Sequence record: PV037725.1
Reading direction: 5' to 3' (one strand)
Length of the DNA: 64,000 nt
Positions within the stretch are counted from its first letter, which is position 1, and each line of letters starts with the position of its first letter. Shown here piece after piece: positions 36,239 through 48,400 of this stretch. The notes beneath the pieces were generated by a model. That model made no database searches and was not told the DNA's origin. It was given only the letters and a program-made list of their open reading frames with translations. A program made the position numbers and the translations under genes.

Positions 36239-39200
36239 TTACAGTTCCTCGGTATACACCAGCTACTCGTTTAGATAGAGCTTTAAGAAGGATGCTGGTA
36301 GTAGCGATTAGTTTAGGAGACATTACCATCCGTTCTTCCACAGAAGTGTTGCCGAAGATGATGTCAATTGGAGTGCCGTCTTCCAGAGTGTTAGTGCCAG
36401 TCATCACACGAGAGATAACAGTCTTCATCTGGTTACACAGTACTGCTTTGTCGCCAGTACCAAATGGGATGTCATGGTCAATGTAAATCCGAATAACCAT
36501 GCTATCTGGTTCCAAGATCTGACCCTTAATACGGAAAGAGGAATCAACCTCACCCGAGTAAGCGTTTCGCCCAGTTTGCTTAGCAATCTCTGCACGAGCA
36601 TTATCCGAAGCTTCTGCCAGAGCACGAAGGTTATCGGACATGTCATCAATGTCTCCATGATAGAAACATTCGATCTTAGAAACAGTACCAACTACCTTAG
36701 CGGTAGGTGTAGCAGACGACAGTCGTTTGAGCGTCTCAATAGAGGCATCATCAAACAGCGAGCCTGCGGCAGTTTCGGGGTCTTCAATAATACACAGTAT
36801 TGAACTGAGATCGAGGTGGTCACCTACTTTTACCAGTTCCGACACATACTGATCAAATCGAACAATAACGTTCTTCACGTCAGTAGTCTGAGTATTAAGC
36901 TTCTTGGCGATGGATTCAGAAACTACCGATCCGTCTTCCAAAGTGTCCAAGTTGTCGTTGAACGTAACTACGCCGATAACCCCAGGCATCAGAGATACCT
37001 GATCTGGGTTGTAACGGTCTTCTTTGAAATACTTCCGGTTGTATGTGATTGTGTCACCACGTTTAAATTTGTCACCTTTCTTCCACTTGGTAACCAATTC
37101 GTGAGGATACACCACACCCGCAGCAGAACCATGAATAGTCCCAAGCTGGAATGCATCCACTTCACCGTCCTCGTATTGAATAGTGATACCATTCTTATCG
37201 AGGGCAACTACCTGACCATCTCGCTCAGCAGCCGTAGCGAAGATACTCGATGTACGCTGACCTACAACCTGTTCATAACCAGTACGAACTGGAGACAGAT
37301 CGTAACCATCTGCGTACAAACCTTGTTGCTGTTGAATAGACGCAAAGCCGATACGTTTCATATCGTCGTGAGCCATACCAACACCCAACAGTGCAGACGT
37401 CGAGAGCAACTTAGACTTACCATCTTTCGTAGGATCAAACAGACGAGTCAGACCACGCATAGAGGTGAAGTTAGCATCCGGAGTCATGTAAGCAATAATA
37501 CCTACGTCACCGGAGTCAACCGTAGACTCAGATACAACACCCAAGTCAGACTCACCATACACACGTGTACGGGCAACCATCGATACCGCTGCACGTCCAC
37601 CATCACCACGATAGGTCATGGCTTCTTGTTCACGCAGGTTAGCGATTGGGTTGGAGTCCTCAATCGTTGCGATAGTCGGGTCGTTCAGTTTAGTCCATAC
37701 TTCATGACGATCCAAGACGACTTTAACATCGGTGGAACCTTCACGTGAATTGTAACGCTTCACCGCTTTAGACAGAGAACTAAAGATCTGACCAGCAATA
37801 CGTTCGTAACCACGATAGCGCATGTACTGACCATCTACTTCACCTGGAGCCCAGTCTTCCATCAGCATTTCAACTGAACGGAACAGCAGTCCTTCAAATG
37901 TAGTAGGCTCGCCCATCTCAACCAACATACCTTCGGTGATCGGGTCAACGAAGGCTTCGAACAGGAAATCGATCTCACGAATGAATCGGTTACCCATGTC
38001 CATCTCGATCAGCAGACGATGGTAAACGTCTTTCTTATCGAAGTCATACCGAGAATAATTTCGCAGTACTTTGTGGTAACGCCTCAGACCACCTAATACC
38101 AGCATGGACTTATAATCGTCACGAGGGAATACCAGAATCTCGTCATTGAATGCAAGCGTATAGTCTTCACCACTTACGACAATACGAGTACCACGTGGGT
38201 GAGCTTGGTATTTAACACCCAGCTTATCCAACAGGTTAGTGAAGCCCAACTGATAACCCAATACAAAACCAATCGGCAGGTCTTTACCAGAGACCTTAAC
38301 GTCAACAGCTTCCAAAGGCGCCTTAGCTGCGTTGATACCAACGAGGTCCAGAATGTTACCCATTGGTTCCAGTTCAGTGTTACCTTCCTTAAGATAGAAG
38401 ATACCCGCTTTATCCAACAAGATCGGTCGTCCTTCACGAACACCGACCATTACCATGTCGTTGAACTCATAAGCCTCAGAATCAATACCGAACTTCTCCT
38501 TGAAATAAGCATTACGCTTAGGATAGTTAAAGTACAGGTGATTCGCCCCGTTATCGAAACCGGAGAACTTATTAGACAGTGCCGTGTAGACACGAGGTAA
38601 GTGAAACTCAGACAGATCTAACTCAGCATAACGCGGGTTAGAAACGATCGGATTACTGTGATCACGAGCCTTAACGTCGATCTGACGAGTCAGCCACTGA
38701 TCAAAGGCATGCTCAGCGCGCGGAGAGCGCAATACGAACGTTTTATTCGTATAGCTAGTCAGAGCTACCTTTAATGGGGAAACCTTCCTGATCGGGATGT
38801 CAGCGCGTTGTACGCGTTGTCGATAAGTTACACCGTTACTAAGGAATCGACCATCACGATCAATCACTGGAACAGTAAAGGTCAGCTGAGAGGCCATACC
38901 ACGAACAGGCTTCACCGTTACCGTAAAGGTTTGGGTGTGGTTCATAGCGTCTTCGTTTTCCTGAATCTTAATATCGGTTACAGCAACGCCTTGACGTTGA
39001 ATAGCCATAATCGATTGCAGGATGTCTTTAGGCAAAAGCTTCTTGATGTACTTACGCTGCATCGACTTGTGAACCGAACGCAACATGGACTTATCCATGA
39101 TGGTGGTTTTATCAGGGAATTCTTCTACAGGTACTTCAAAGTCGGCGGGCTCGTACTGCATGGCTTCCTTAACAGTCAACCCACTACCGAATGGGTCGGG

Positions 39201-40742
39201 CATCGTTTCATAGCGCTGGGCGTCATCGATGGTCTGCTCAAAGGTACGTTCAGAGATCATACCTACTTTAGCCAAACGGAATGCACGCTTAGCCACACCA
39301 TCCAACATCGGATCACCAGTGGTAAACTCAGCATCGACAATTGCAGCAGGTCGAGCTTGTTCTACCTTAAGTGTCTTAGCCGCAGCTTTAGACATCTCGT
39401 CGGTTTCGATGTTTAGCGTAGTGCGTTCAAGTTCTAACGCAGGTGGTGGCTCGAATGTAACCTGCATGATATCGAGGTCAAACGATCTGTACACCTTACT
39501 CAGTGGTGGTGTAACGATATCGTCTTCAACGGGTACGTCACCAATAGGAACGGCCTTAGCTTTGATATCCACCGGTTCGTCTTCAGACTCGGAGAACTCA
39601 GCATTCTCATCATCGTCCGGATCAACATTAATTTGAGGTTCTTCAGATTCAGCCTCAGCTTCGATCATGGCGTTAGCTTGAACGTTAGCGTCGTTCTCAA
39701 TCAGTTGGTCGTTACCAGCAGCGTATTCAACCAGAGTAGTCATCAGACTAACAAAGCGACGTTGGATCAACTCAGGTTTGAAATAAGCTTCCATACCGAA
39801 GTCATCAACGTAGGTTTCAATACCCAAGTCAAGTCGGTCTTCTACAGACATGGCTGCGAGTGACACTTTAACTGGATATGTCTCAAAACCAGTTTCGATT
39901 GAACCATAGGTCTCGTAAGATTCTAACGAGCCCCCTTCCAGCAACAGCTTAGCGTCAGCTTCTTTCTCTTCTTCAGTCTGCTCACGCCATTCATCCAGCT
40001 TACCCAAGTTGATAACAAAGAAGCTACCTTGAATACGAATGAAGAAGTTGACCTGTGAAAAATACTGCTTATCTACTTGCGACAGGAAAGATGCTTTACG
40101 ATCAGGACCGAGAAAGCGATAGATGTCAAAGAGGTTCAGCAGGTCACCATTCTTGAAGATACCCAACAGGTTCTGAGTCTGTGAGGTCTCAAGCATCTTG
40201 AACTGTGCCATCGTCGGCATCGATTCTGGTACTTGCAGTTCGATGAAGTGGTTCCATGTAGGGAACCGTTGACAAGCATCTTGTACCCCAGCCCAGAAAG
40301 TAGCCGTGTCGTTCAGCCAGCGATAGTAGTTAGCTTTATAGCTAGCGATGTATCGATAGAGTGGATTAAGTAAGTTATAGTTAAACAGTGCAACGTTCTG
40401 TTGGTTCAGCTTAACCGACTCGTCACGACGAAGTGGTTTGAAGAAACGGTTTTGTCTGCGGAAGTCATTCAGCAAAGTAGGGGCCAGTACCGAAGTACGT
40501 TTTGGATTACCTACTTCAGATTTGAGTTCAGTGATCTGCTCAATGAATACTTTACCTTTAAGCTTGGCAATGATCGGGTCAACTTGTGATGGACCCAATA
40601 CCGCTTGGTTATCCGAATGGAAGTGATACACGGTTTCCATAGGGAACTCAAACTTGTTGATCGCGTGAAGCCGCGGAGTCTGTAACTCCGCAGCCTGACG
40701 TAGACCAAAGCTTCTCAGGAACTGGTCAATTTTTAAACGCAT
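36222..40742 (-). CDS. rpoB: Virion RNA polymerase beta subunit, N/middle fragment (phiKZ gp178-like)
   Basis: SNPIANL, ESTVDSGDVG, HDDMKRIGFASIQQQQ, LEDGSVVSES, GTGDKAVLCNQMKTVI, IDIIFG motifs. Confidence 0.92.
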   Translation of the reverse strand: MRLKIDQFLRSFGLRQAAELQTPRLHAINKFEFPMETVYHFHSDNQAVLGPSQVDPIIAKLKGKVFIEQITELKSEVGNPKRTSVLAPTLLNDFRRQNRFFKPLRRDESVKLNQQNVALFNYNLLNPLYRYIASYKANYYRWLNDTATFWAGVQDACQRFPTWNHFIELQVPESMPTMAQFKMLETSQTQNLLGIFKNGDLLNLFDIYRFLGPDRKASFLSQVDKQYFSQVNFFIRIQGSFFVINLGKLDEWREQTEEEKEADAKLLLEGGSLESYETYGSIETGFETYPVKVSLAAMSVEDRLDLGIETYVDDFGMEAYFKPELIQRRFVSLMTTLVEYAAGNDQLIENDANVQANAMIEAEAESEEPQINVDPDDDENAEFSESEDEPVDIKAKAVPIGDVPVEDDIVTPPLSKVYRSFDLDIMQVTFEPPPALELERTTLNIETDEMSKAAAKTLKVEQARPAAIVDAEFTTGDPMLDGVAKRAFRLAKVGMISERTFEQTIDDAQRYETMPDPFGSGLTVKEAMQYEPADFEVPVEEFPDKTTIMDKSMLRSVHKSMQRKYIKKLLPKDILQSIMAIQRQGVAVTDIKIQENEDAMNHTQTFTVTVKPVRGMASQLTFTVPVIDRDGRFLSNGVTYRQRVQRADIPIRKVSPLKVALTSYTNKTFVLRSPRAEHAFDQWLTRQIDVKARDHSNPIVSNPRYAELDLSEFHLPRVYTALSNKFSGFDNGANHLYFNYPKRNAYFKEKFGIDSEAYEFNDMVMVGVREGRPILLDKAGIFYLKEGNTELEPMGNILDLVGINAAKAPLEAVDVKVSGKDLPIGFVLGYQLGFTNLLDKLGVKYQAHPRGTRIVVSGEDYTLAFNDEILVFPRDDYKSMLVLGGLRRYHKVLRNYSRYDFDKKDVYHRLLIEMDMGNRFIREIDFLFEAFVDPITEGMLVEMGEPTTFEGLLFRSVEMLMEDWAPGEVDGQYMRYRGYERIAGQIFSSLSKAVKRYNSREGSTDVKVVLDRHEVWTKLNDPTIATIEDSNPIANLREQEAMTYRGDGGRAAVSMVARTRVYGESDLGVVSESTVDSGDVGIIAYMTPDANFTSMRGLTRLFDPTKDGKSKLLSTSALLGVGMAHDDMKRIGFASIQQQQGLYADGYDLSPVRTGYEQVVGQRTSSIFATAAERDGQVVALDKNGITIQYEDGEVDAFQLGTIHGSAAGVVYPHELVTKWKKGDKFKRGDTITYNRKYFKEDRYNPDQVSLMPGVIGVVTFNDNLDTLEDGSVVSESIAKKLNTQTTDVKNVIVRFDQYVSELVKVGDHLDLSSILCIIEDPETAAGSLFDDASIETLKRLSSATPTAKVVGTVSKIECFYHGDIDDMSDNLRALAEASDNARAEIAKQTGRNAYSGEVDSSFRIKGQILEPDSMVIRIYIDHDIPFGTGDKAVLCNQMKTVISRVMTGTNTLEDGTPIDIIFGNTSVEERMVMSPKLIATTSILLKALSKRVAGVYRGTVNAKAK

Positions 40743-40744
40743 GG

Positions 40745-42397
40745 TTACTTCCTTGGGATAGGATCGCCAGTCATGTAGCGAAGGGTGAGGTTCAGGGTAT
40801 GGATATTCAGAGAGAACGCAATACCGCCACCAGCTCGTACATAAGCAAGACGTGATTTAAAGAATTTGTTACACTCGGCAATAGACTCTTCCGAATAGCA
40901 TGCAATCCATGAGGTGGTGTCACCGTCAAAGTCAGCAGTCAATGGAGCGAGGGTTGCAGGAGGCAAACTGATGGAGTCGTGCCACTGTGCAGGTTTGTTC
41001 AACTCGAACACTGGATATTCCAATGCAATCGGTTGAGTGTCATCACGCTTCCAGTCCCAACCTAACGGATACCTGATCTCACCTTTAACAGTGGTCTTGA
41101 GGTACATCCGGCAAGGGATCGATGAGTTATAGTTCTCAATCGGGTAACGAGTAACAAAGCCTACAGTGGTATTCCACATAGATAAGCCTGCCAAGTAAAC
41201 CAGCTCAGAGTAGGTTATTGGCCTGACGTTCTTACGGTCTAAGGTCTTAGGAAACTCTGTGATGTCACGGAAGACTTTAAAGGTAGAGTCTGGTCCTAGG
41301 TACACGAGTGCCAAGTAGTGACCTTCAATCTCAATAGCTCGAGATCGTTGCTCTACTACCTTGAGTTCGTTGATAACTTTCTCCAACCCATCTGGCGTAC
41401 CCCATCGGTCGATTGTATCAACACCGATATTCACAGGTACCAACTTAAGGGTCTTCTTATCGATCAACTCAACTTGTTGGGTCAACGAATCAAACACACC
41501 ACTCAAGACTGAGTTACGTAAGCCGAAGATCGTTTTAGGTTTAACCGATACTGCACCTTGATACAAACCAATCGCAACGTCTTTAAACATAGGTCGGTTA
41601 GGCAGGTCCAAGTCAGCAGCGTTAGTATCCAACGAACTAATAACGTTACGAGTACCGTTAAAGACTTTACGCGATGCCCAGTTAGCTTGGATAAAGCCAC
41701 CCTTACCTGACAACAGCTTCTCGAAGTGGAGATAGATCTCGAGTACAGTGTTCTGCAAGGCTACCCGCTTACGATCGTAAATAGACAGATCGTCATTAGG
41801 GCCGAAGTATTCAGGTACGTCACGAGACTGCATTAATAGTCGGCGATACATCTCGTTGACTTCGTCCATCGTGGTTCGACCATAAGCATCGATCTCAACT
41901 TCGCGATAGGCTGCCGGGCAAACTAAGAACTGTTTCAGCGTGCAACGATCTTTATATTTCTCGATCAGCTGAAGGCGGTTCGTACGAATACCTGGACCTT
42001 TGGACTTGAACTCAACCTTCTTCCAGTTGTCGTAGAAGAATGTGTAGCCCGTGTGGCCTTCCAATTCGTTAGAAGGTACAAAGTCTTTCAGCACTGGGTC
42101 AAAGTTAGCAAATGCCTTCCCGAGGATGATCTCTTCATAGAAACTTTTGAGCTTGAGGATATTGCGGTATACGACTGGATGAATTACGGGTAATCCCAGA
42201 TCTATGTAACCGAAACGAGATTCACGGTCAGTCGAAGCTGTACGACCGAAGATCTCAACTGAGAACAAACCTTTCTCATGGTAGTTACCGCCCACACCTT
42301 CGAAGATCTCATGACTGGTGACTTGACCCAACATTGCAATTTGTTGTGGGGTCGGAATCAACAGGGAAATGTTGAAGGGCATTAGTGCCTTTTTCAT
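40745..42397 (-). CDS. rpoC: Virion RNA polymerase beta' subunit, N-terminal/catalytic fragment (phiKZ gp180-like)
   Basis: GLFSVEIFG, FGYIDLGLPVIHP, GKGGFI...SRKVFNGTRNVIS, VTRYPI, catalytic ADFDGD. Confidence 0.95.
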   Translation of the reverse strand: MKKALMPFNISLLIPTPQQIAMLGQVTSHEIFEGVGGNYHEKGLFSVEIFGRTASTDRESRFGYIDLGLPVIHPVVYRNILKLKSFYEEIILGKAFANFDPVLKDFVPSNELEGHTGYTFFYDNWKKVEFKSKGPGIRTNRLQLIEKYKDRCTLKQFLVCPAAYREVEIDAYGRTTMDEVNEMYRRLLMQSRDVPEYFGPNDDLSIYDRKRVALQNTVLEIYLHFEKLLSGKGGFIQANWASRKVFNGTRNVISSLDTNAADLDLPNRPMFKDVAIGLYQGAVSVKPKTIFGLRNSVLSGVFDSLTQQVELIDKKTLKLVPVNIGVDTIDRWGTPDGLEKVINELKVVEQRSRAIEIEGHYLALVYLGPDSTFKVFRDITEFPKTLDRKNVRPITYSELVYLAGLSMWNTTVGFVTRYPIENYNSSIPCRMYLKTTVKGEIRYPLGWDWKRDDTQPIALEYPVFELNKPAQWHDSISLPPATLAPLTADFDGDTTSWIACYSEESIAECNKFFKSRLAYVRAGGGIAFSLNIHTLNLTLRYMTGDPIPRK

Positions 42398-42469
42398 CTT
42401 ACTTTACCTCAGTGGGGTGTTTACGTGTCAACGATATGAATCTTTAAAGATATCGATGGAGTTATTACA

Positions 42470-45400
42470 ATGGCTAAACAGAATGTGCCTCTCAGAAAAC
42501 CGAAAGGTTCTGATGGTGAAGGCAATATTAAAGTACCCGGTGGCCCAGTAGTATTGGACCTCGGTGACTTCGACGACATCTTCGGTCCCATGGACGCTGA
42601 ATCACCCAAGAACGGTCCACTGGGTCAATTCTACTCTGGGCTCAAAGACTCGCTCGGAAATAGGTTTAAAACGAAAGATATCGTGCGTAACTTCTTACGC
42701 TCGGCGGCTCCTGATGGTTTATCTAACGTCATGGGTTTTGCTGACGAAGCTATGGCTGCGACTCGCGATATCAAAGAATCGATTGAGCGTACTAACGCTG
42801 CCGATTTACAATACATCGCTCAACGCGCTCAAAAAGTTTTACCTCAGCTTAAAGACTACGTCTCGGAAGACACTTACAACGACATCAACCAAGGTCTAGA
42901 GAATAAGATTGAAGAGTATGATTACACCGTTCAATCGGGTCGTGATCAAACTGCAATCCGTCGGGCACGTCAAGACGAATCTGATACCAATCAGATTAAA
43001 GCGGCGATGGATAACATCGCACTGACTGACCGTCTTAACCATAACAAGTCTGAACAGGGTGCAAACGCACGTCATAACCAAACACGTGCTGAGAACTCCA
43101 TTCGTGATGTACTGTCTACTCGACGCTTTGACTTCGTGGCTAAGTCCATGGGTATGGCGGTAGACTCCTTACAGCGGATCGTAGGCTACAAAGAACAAGT
43201 TGATTACGGGTTCCAACGTAAAGGTCTGGAACTACAATTCCGTAGTTACTTGGGTATCAAAGAACTGGTTAAGTTATCGGAAGCACACTTAGAGCTTAAC
43301 GCTCGTGCTTATAACTCGATGATTCGCAACACCGGTATCCCTGATCATGAGAAACGTGGTCGTAATGACCTAACTCAAATGGGTCAAGGTTCGGATAAGC
43401 GTGGCTTTGCTTCTAAAGCAATTCAAGCGGTAGGCGGTAAGACCCTCTCCCAGTTCTACGGTAACTATAGTGGTGATGTACAGTCTCGCGTACAGAACTC
43501 GCTGAGTCAGAAATTGAGCATGGCTACTATGGCCATGAAGATGGGTGAGAACGGACCTAGCCTATGGGATAACAAATATTCCATGGCTGGTAACCTAGCA
43601 GGCGATTACCTGTCTGACTTCCTCATCAATGACCTGGTGCCAATGTTAGGTCGTGAAGCACGTGGTCCTTTGACTAAGCTCTCCGATAGACATGGTGGTC
43701 GTCACAACCAAGCTGGCTACTTCCTGGACAACATGCCTGCATTCTTGCAGGAGTTTGTGAATAACAACCAGAACTCTCGTGGTATCAAAGGTGGCATTCG
43801 AAATCTGATAGCGCCTTATGTCCCACAATTTGGTTTGCAGGATCGTGTTCAGAACGGAACGTTCCAAACAATTGACCAGCATGCGACGTTTAACCAAGCA
43901 ACCCAACGTAGTATCGTTGATGCGATCCCCGGTTATCTTGCCCGTATACTGCAAGAGATGCGCATGATCCGTACTGGTAGTGATGATGTAGCACGTGAAG
44001 TGTTCGACATGACTAACGGTAAGTTTGGCCTTGAGAAAGCTGCGCATGATAACTTGCAGAACCGTATTGTTCCTGAGAACGCAGTTAGAGTAGCCTCGTC
44101 TACTATTAACGATGCACTCAATCAAATGGATAAAGATGGTAAGTTGAGTCCACAGGCACGTAAAGCCCTGGGTGAACGCTTATTACGCGATGGTTCGTCT
44201 AACAACCGCTTCGATCCAGAAGCCTACATCCGCTCGCGTGGCTATGCACAAGGTACAAGTCCTGAAGTAGCTAAGGAATTGGAAGAACACTTCCGTAGTC
44301 AGTTCAAGTTCGATGAAGACGGTAAGATGTCTGACACGTCCGAGAACCATAAACTGCGCCAAGAGTTCTCTCAAGCATTCTTGGATATCCGTAGTATCTC
44401 TCGTGACCCAATCAAAGAGATCAACCGGTTGATTAACTCTGGTCACACTGAACCATTGCGTGCAATGGGTATCATTGTTACTGAGAAAAATCAGGATCGG
44501 ATTAACTATCCACGTATCTGGGAAATCCTTCGTCAAGGTGTGAGCGATCACAACCCGTATGCTGAGGGTGGTAGTGGTTATGATCCATATGCAGTAGACA
44601 ACTCGGGTACCGTGGGGCATAAGAACTTCATGGGTCCTGAACACCCAGGCTTAGGCAAAGCGTTCGTTATGAACAACATGCGTAAGTTCCGAACCAAGTA
44701 TGCTCCTGAAGAGCAAGCTGCTCGCGATGCCACAGCTAAGCACCTTAAGGCCCTACGTGGTCGTTTCGGTAGTGCTGCTAAAAACGCCCAGGATACGTTT
44801 GCTGACCTCACAGGCGGTAAGGGTACTGACTATACTCCGGGTATTAAAGGCTTCTCCCAGATGATGTCTGGAGGGCCAGGATTTGGTCCGCAGAACATGG
44901 CGGGGGGTTATCAGGCGTTTATCGGTGAGAAAGTCAATGAGCACAAAGAAAAGCTGAAAGGTTATGGTGTAGATGGGATGCAGGAACTGACGGACTTGTA
45001 CAGTTCGTTTGATCCAACGCAACCTTTGATCAAGGGTATTGACTTCGGCATGGGCGACCTGATCGACGTTAACACCAAGAAGATCGTAACTAAACCATCT
45101 GACATTACAGGCGAAGTCATCAACCGGCTAGGTCAGACTGTAGTAACGGCAACCGAAGCTGCCGCAGGTCTACTCAACCCTAAAGGTGAGTTAGCGGTTA
45201 AAGTAAGCGATACTTTTAATAGCATCGTTGATAAAGCGATCGGCCTCCATCGTAACATTAATGGTGAGCGATCGGCGAGCAGTGAACCTACCGATCCTAA
45301 TAATCCTGACGAACTCAATAAGCAAGACTGGTCTTTAGGTCCTGGTGAGAATCCAATCCTTCTGGCTCGTGGCTTTATGAACGGGGAGTATAAGGATGCT

Positions 45401-48400
45401 GCTGGTAAGGTAATCAACTCTATCGCTGATATTGCATCTGACGTTTACGATAACGCCGGTAACTTGGTAGTGTCGGCTAAAGAGTTCGCTAACGGCCTGT
45501 GGTCTAAACGTAGTGGTAAACGCTATCGTCCAACTAAAGGCTTTGCACGACTACTCAAAATGGCCCAGGGCGCAGGTAAGTACTCTGGTACAACCGCAAC
45601 TGGTTTGGCTTTCGGTGCATTGAAGTTCTCAGCTAAGGCTGCATTGGGTATTGCCAAAACGGCATTCAACTTCGTTATGGATAACCAGAACGCTTACCTA
45701 CCGGGTGAGGCGGTTCCAGTTATTACACGTCGTCAATTGCAGGCAGGTGAATACTACGACGATAAAGGTAAAGTTGTTGAAGACTTTGTCGACGTATACT
45801 CACCGATGTATAATGCTCAAGGTGAGGCTGTTATTGCACCAGAGCTGTACAAGCAACTAACTAACTTCGATGGTTCCAAACACGCCCTGGCTAAGAACCG
45901 TCGCATCTGGGCTAAGTACATCATGCGCCCACTTCGGGCCGTGCGTGATGCTTACATGCGTCAGACCAAGAAGTACTACAAGTGGTTAGGTAAAACGACT
46001 ACTCGTGTTGGTGGTGCTGTCGGCCGTAAGTTGTTTGGTGGATTCGCTAAGATGGGCGGTAAGGTATTTGACTCGATGTTTGAATCAGTCGAGGACCCAA
46101 ATGCTAAAGCTCAGATTGACGCCACCTTAATGGCTTCACAGCAACAGACTTCTGTAATGGAACAAGTGTTGCAAGCTGTACGTGACCTTAAGCCGAAAGA
46201 ACTCCGTAAAGGTAGTTGGCAGGCCAAGGAAGCGAGTAAGGCTGCTGCCGGTGACGGTAAGAAAGGCGATGGTAAGGATGATGACGCCAAGCAACAAGGT
46301 TTCCTCAAGCGTGGCCTAGCTGGGTTGGCTTCGATGTTAGGTCTTGGTGGTAATAAAGACTCCGACGAGGAAGACGATGATGGTTTCGGCTTAGACGATG
46401 CTGCGGATCTTGCTGACATCGGTGACGCCGTTGGTGATCACAGAGAGCGTAGACGCCGTCGTCGACGTCCAGGTAAGAAAGGTTGGTTTGGTAATCTATG
46501 GGACAAGGCTAAGAACTCCCGTGTTGGTAAATGGGGTGGTACTATCCTTGAAAAGGCGGGGCAATCACGTCTGGGCCAAATGGCGGTTAAGCCATTACTC
46601 CAAGTAGCTAAACGTCCTACCTTCTGGGCCGCTGTGGCAACTACGGCTGCTGTAGCAGGTACTTACTTGTGGTCGAGTATCAAAGACTCATCTGGTGACT
46701 TCCGACGTCTCCGGTTATCGCAATACGGTATTTGGGGCATGCGTCGTGAACTCAAGGTACTCGAGCTTGAGACGTTGTTAGAGCAATTCACCGATAAGGT
46801 ATCTGACAACCCATCGTTTAGTCTGAGTGGTGCTGGCGCTAAGCAAATGCTTTCGATCATGGGTCTTGATATTGAGAACCAGACTGAGGTGATGAACTTT
46901 GCTAAGTGGCTTGAACTACGTTTCAAACCAATCTACCTTGCGTGGATTGGTGGGTTAAACAAAGTGGGTCAAAGCCAAGTTAAAATTAATGAGGTTGATG
47001 ACAAGCTACCTAAAGAACTCAAAGCCGACTTCCTTGAAACCATCCGATTCCCGTACAACAACGAATCACCTTACTCGGTTCTGATCAACCCGTTTGATCC
47101 AGATGACACTCCTGAACCTAACATGGATTATATCTCCAAGTTGTTCGATGAACTCAAAGCCGAGTTTGATCCTGAACGTAAGAAGGATGACGCCAAAGTA
47201 GATGGTAAGAAGGTATCCAAAGAAGATATCGCCAAAGGTGCTGCCGCGGCAGGTGGTGCAGCTGCTGTTACTAGTGATAACCCAGCTAAAGACATCGTTA
47301 AGAAACAAGCCGATGAAAAGGCTAAGAATGGCGATATTCTTAAAACTGGTATTGCTGCTACAGCGGCTACCTCGTCGAGCATGTCGGGTACGATTGCTGC
47401 ATTGAACGCACGTATTGGTAACACCGTAACGGCGCTCCAAGCGATTCGTATGCGGGCGTACGGTCTTCAAACACTGCAACTGTCCGATGTACGTAGTCTG
47501 CTGGCCTTAGAAGCAGTTTACGCCAAAGACCTTACCGCGGTGGATGATGTTGTTGACTACTCAGGTGACGATCAGAAGCTGTTAGCAGCGGCTGGTACAT
47601 TACTGGGTAAAGACACATCTGTTGGTTCCACCGATCGACCAAAGTTGTATAACTGGTTGATGCAACGATTTGGTCCCACCTTCCGTGCTTACTACGGTAC
47701 AGCGAAACAATTGAACCCATCGGCTGACCTTAAGACTTTGGAAAACAAGTTAAAGGGTGCGGATAAGGTATCGGTTGGTCAGGCTGTGTTGGGTGCAGTA
47801 TTCCGACACGATCAGACGGTTTGGGAATGCGATAGTATCTTTGATGTTAAAGGTCCACTTGCAGATCTCAAACGTTTAGCTGATGCTGACCTTGAACATC
47901 TAAAGAAAGAAGCTGAGAAAGAAGTCGTAGACTCTCCGACACAGAAAGGCTCTGATCAGATGGCTGGGAAGAATGCTGCTGATACAGGCGGTAGCTTCAC
48001 GGACAAGGTAATCGGTAAGATCAAAGACGCATGGGACTCGAGTAAAGAGACTATCTCTAATACTTGGAACCGTGCATCTGAAGCCGCTAAGGATACTTAC
48101 GCTGGGGCTAAGATCGCAGTTGGTATGGGTCCTGACTACGGTGAGGGCGGCGCATCTGGTGGCGTTATCAAGTCATCCGGTACTGGTGGCGAGATAATCT
48201 CAGGTACTGGCGGTAAGTTTGAGGAACTCCCTTATCCTTCTGCTAACAGTTCCATCAAAGCGGCATACCCAACTCTGTTGGCTGCCGGTAAGATGACTGG
48301 CGTACCGGTGGATTGGTTGACTGTGATTGCTGGTATTGAATCTGCATTTAACTACACCATCAAAGCTAAGACCTCTAGTGCAACTGGTTGGTACCAATTT

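Noticed and set aside
36222-42397. Possible intron or intein in the vRNAP beta/beta' genes (some relatives are interrupted)
   Set aside because: Both reading frames are continuous; no intein C/S...HN motifs, no homing-endonuclease ORF, and the two genes are 2 nt apart.
4604-42397. RNAP split into four separate genes as a novelty
   Set aside because: Split beta/beta' virion RNAP subunits are an established feature of phiKZ-like phages.
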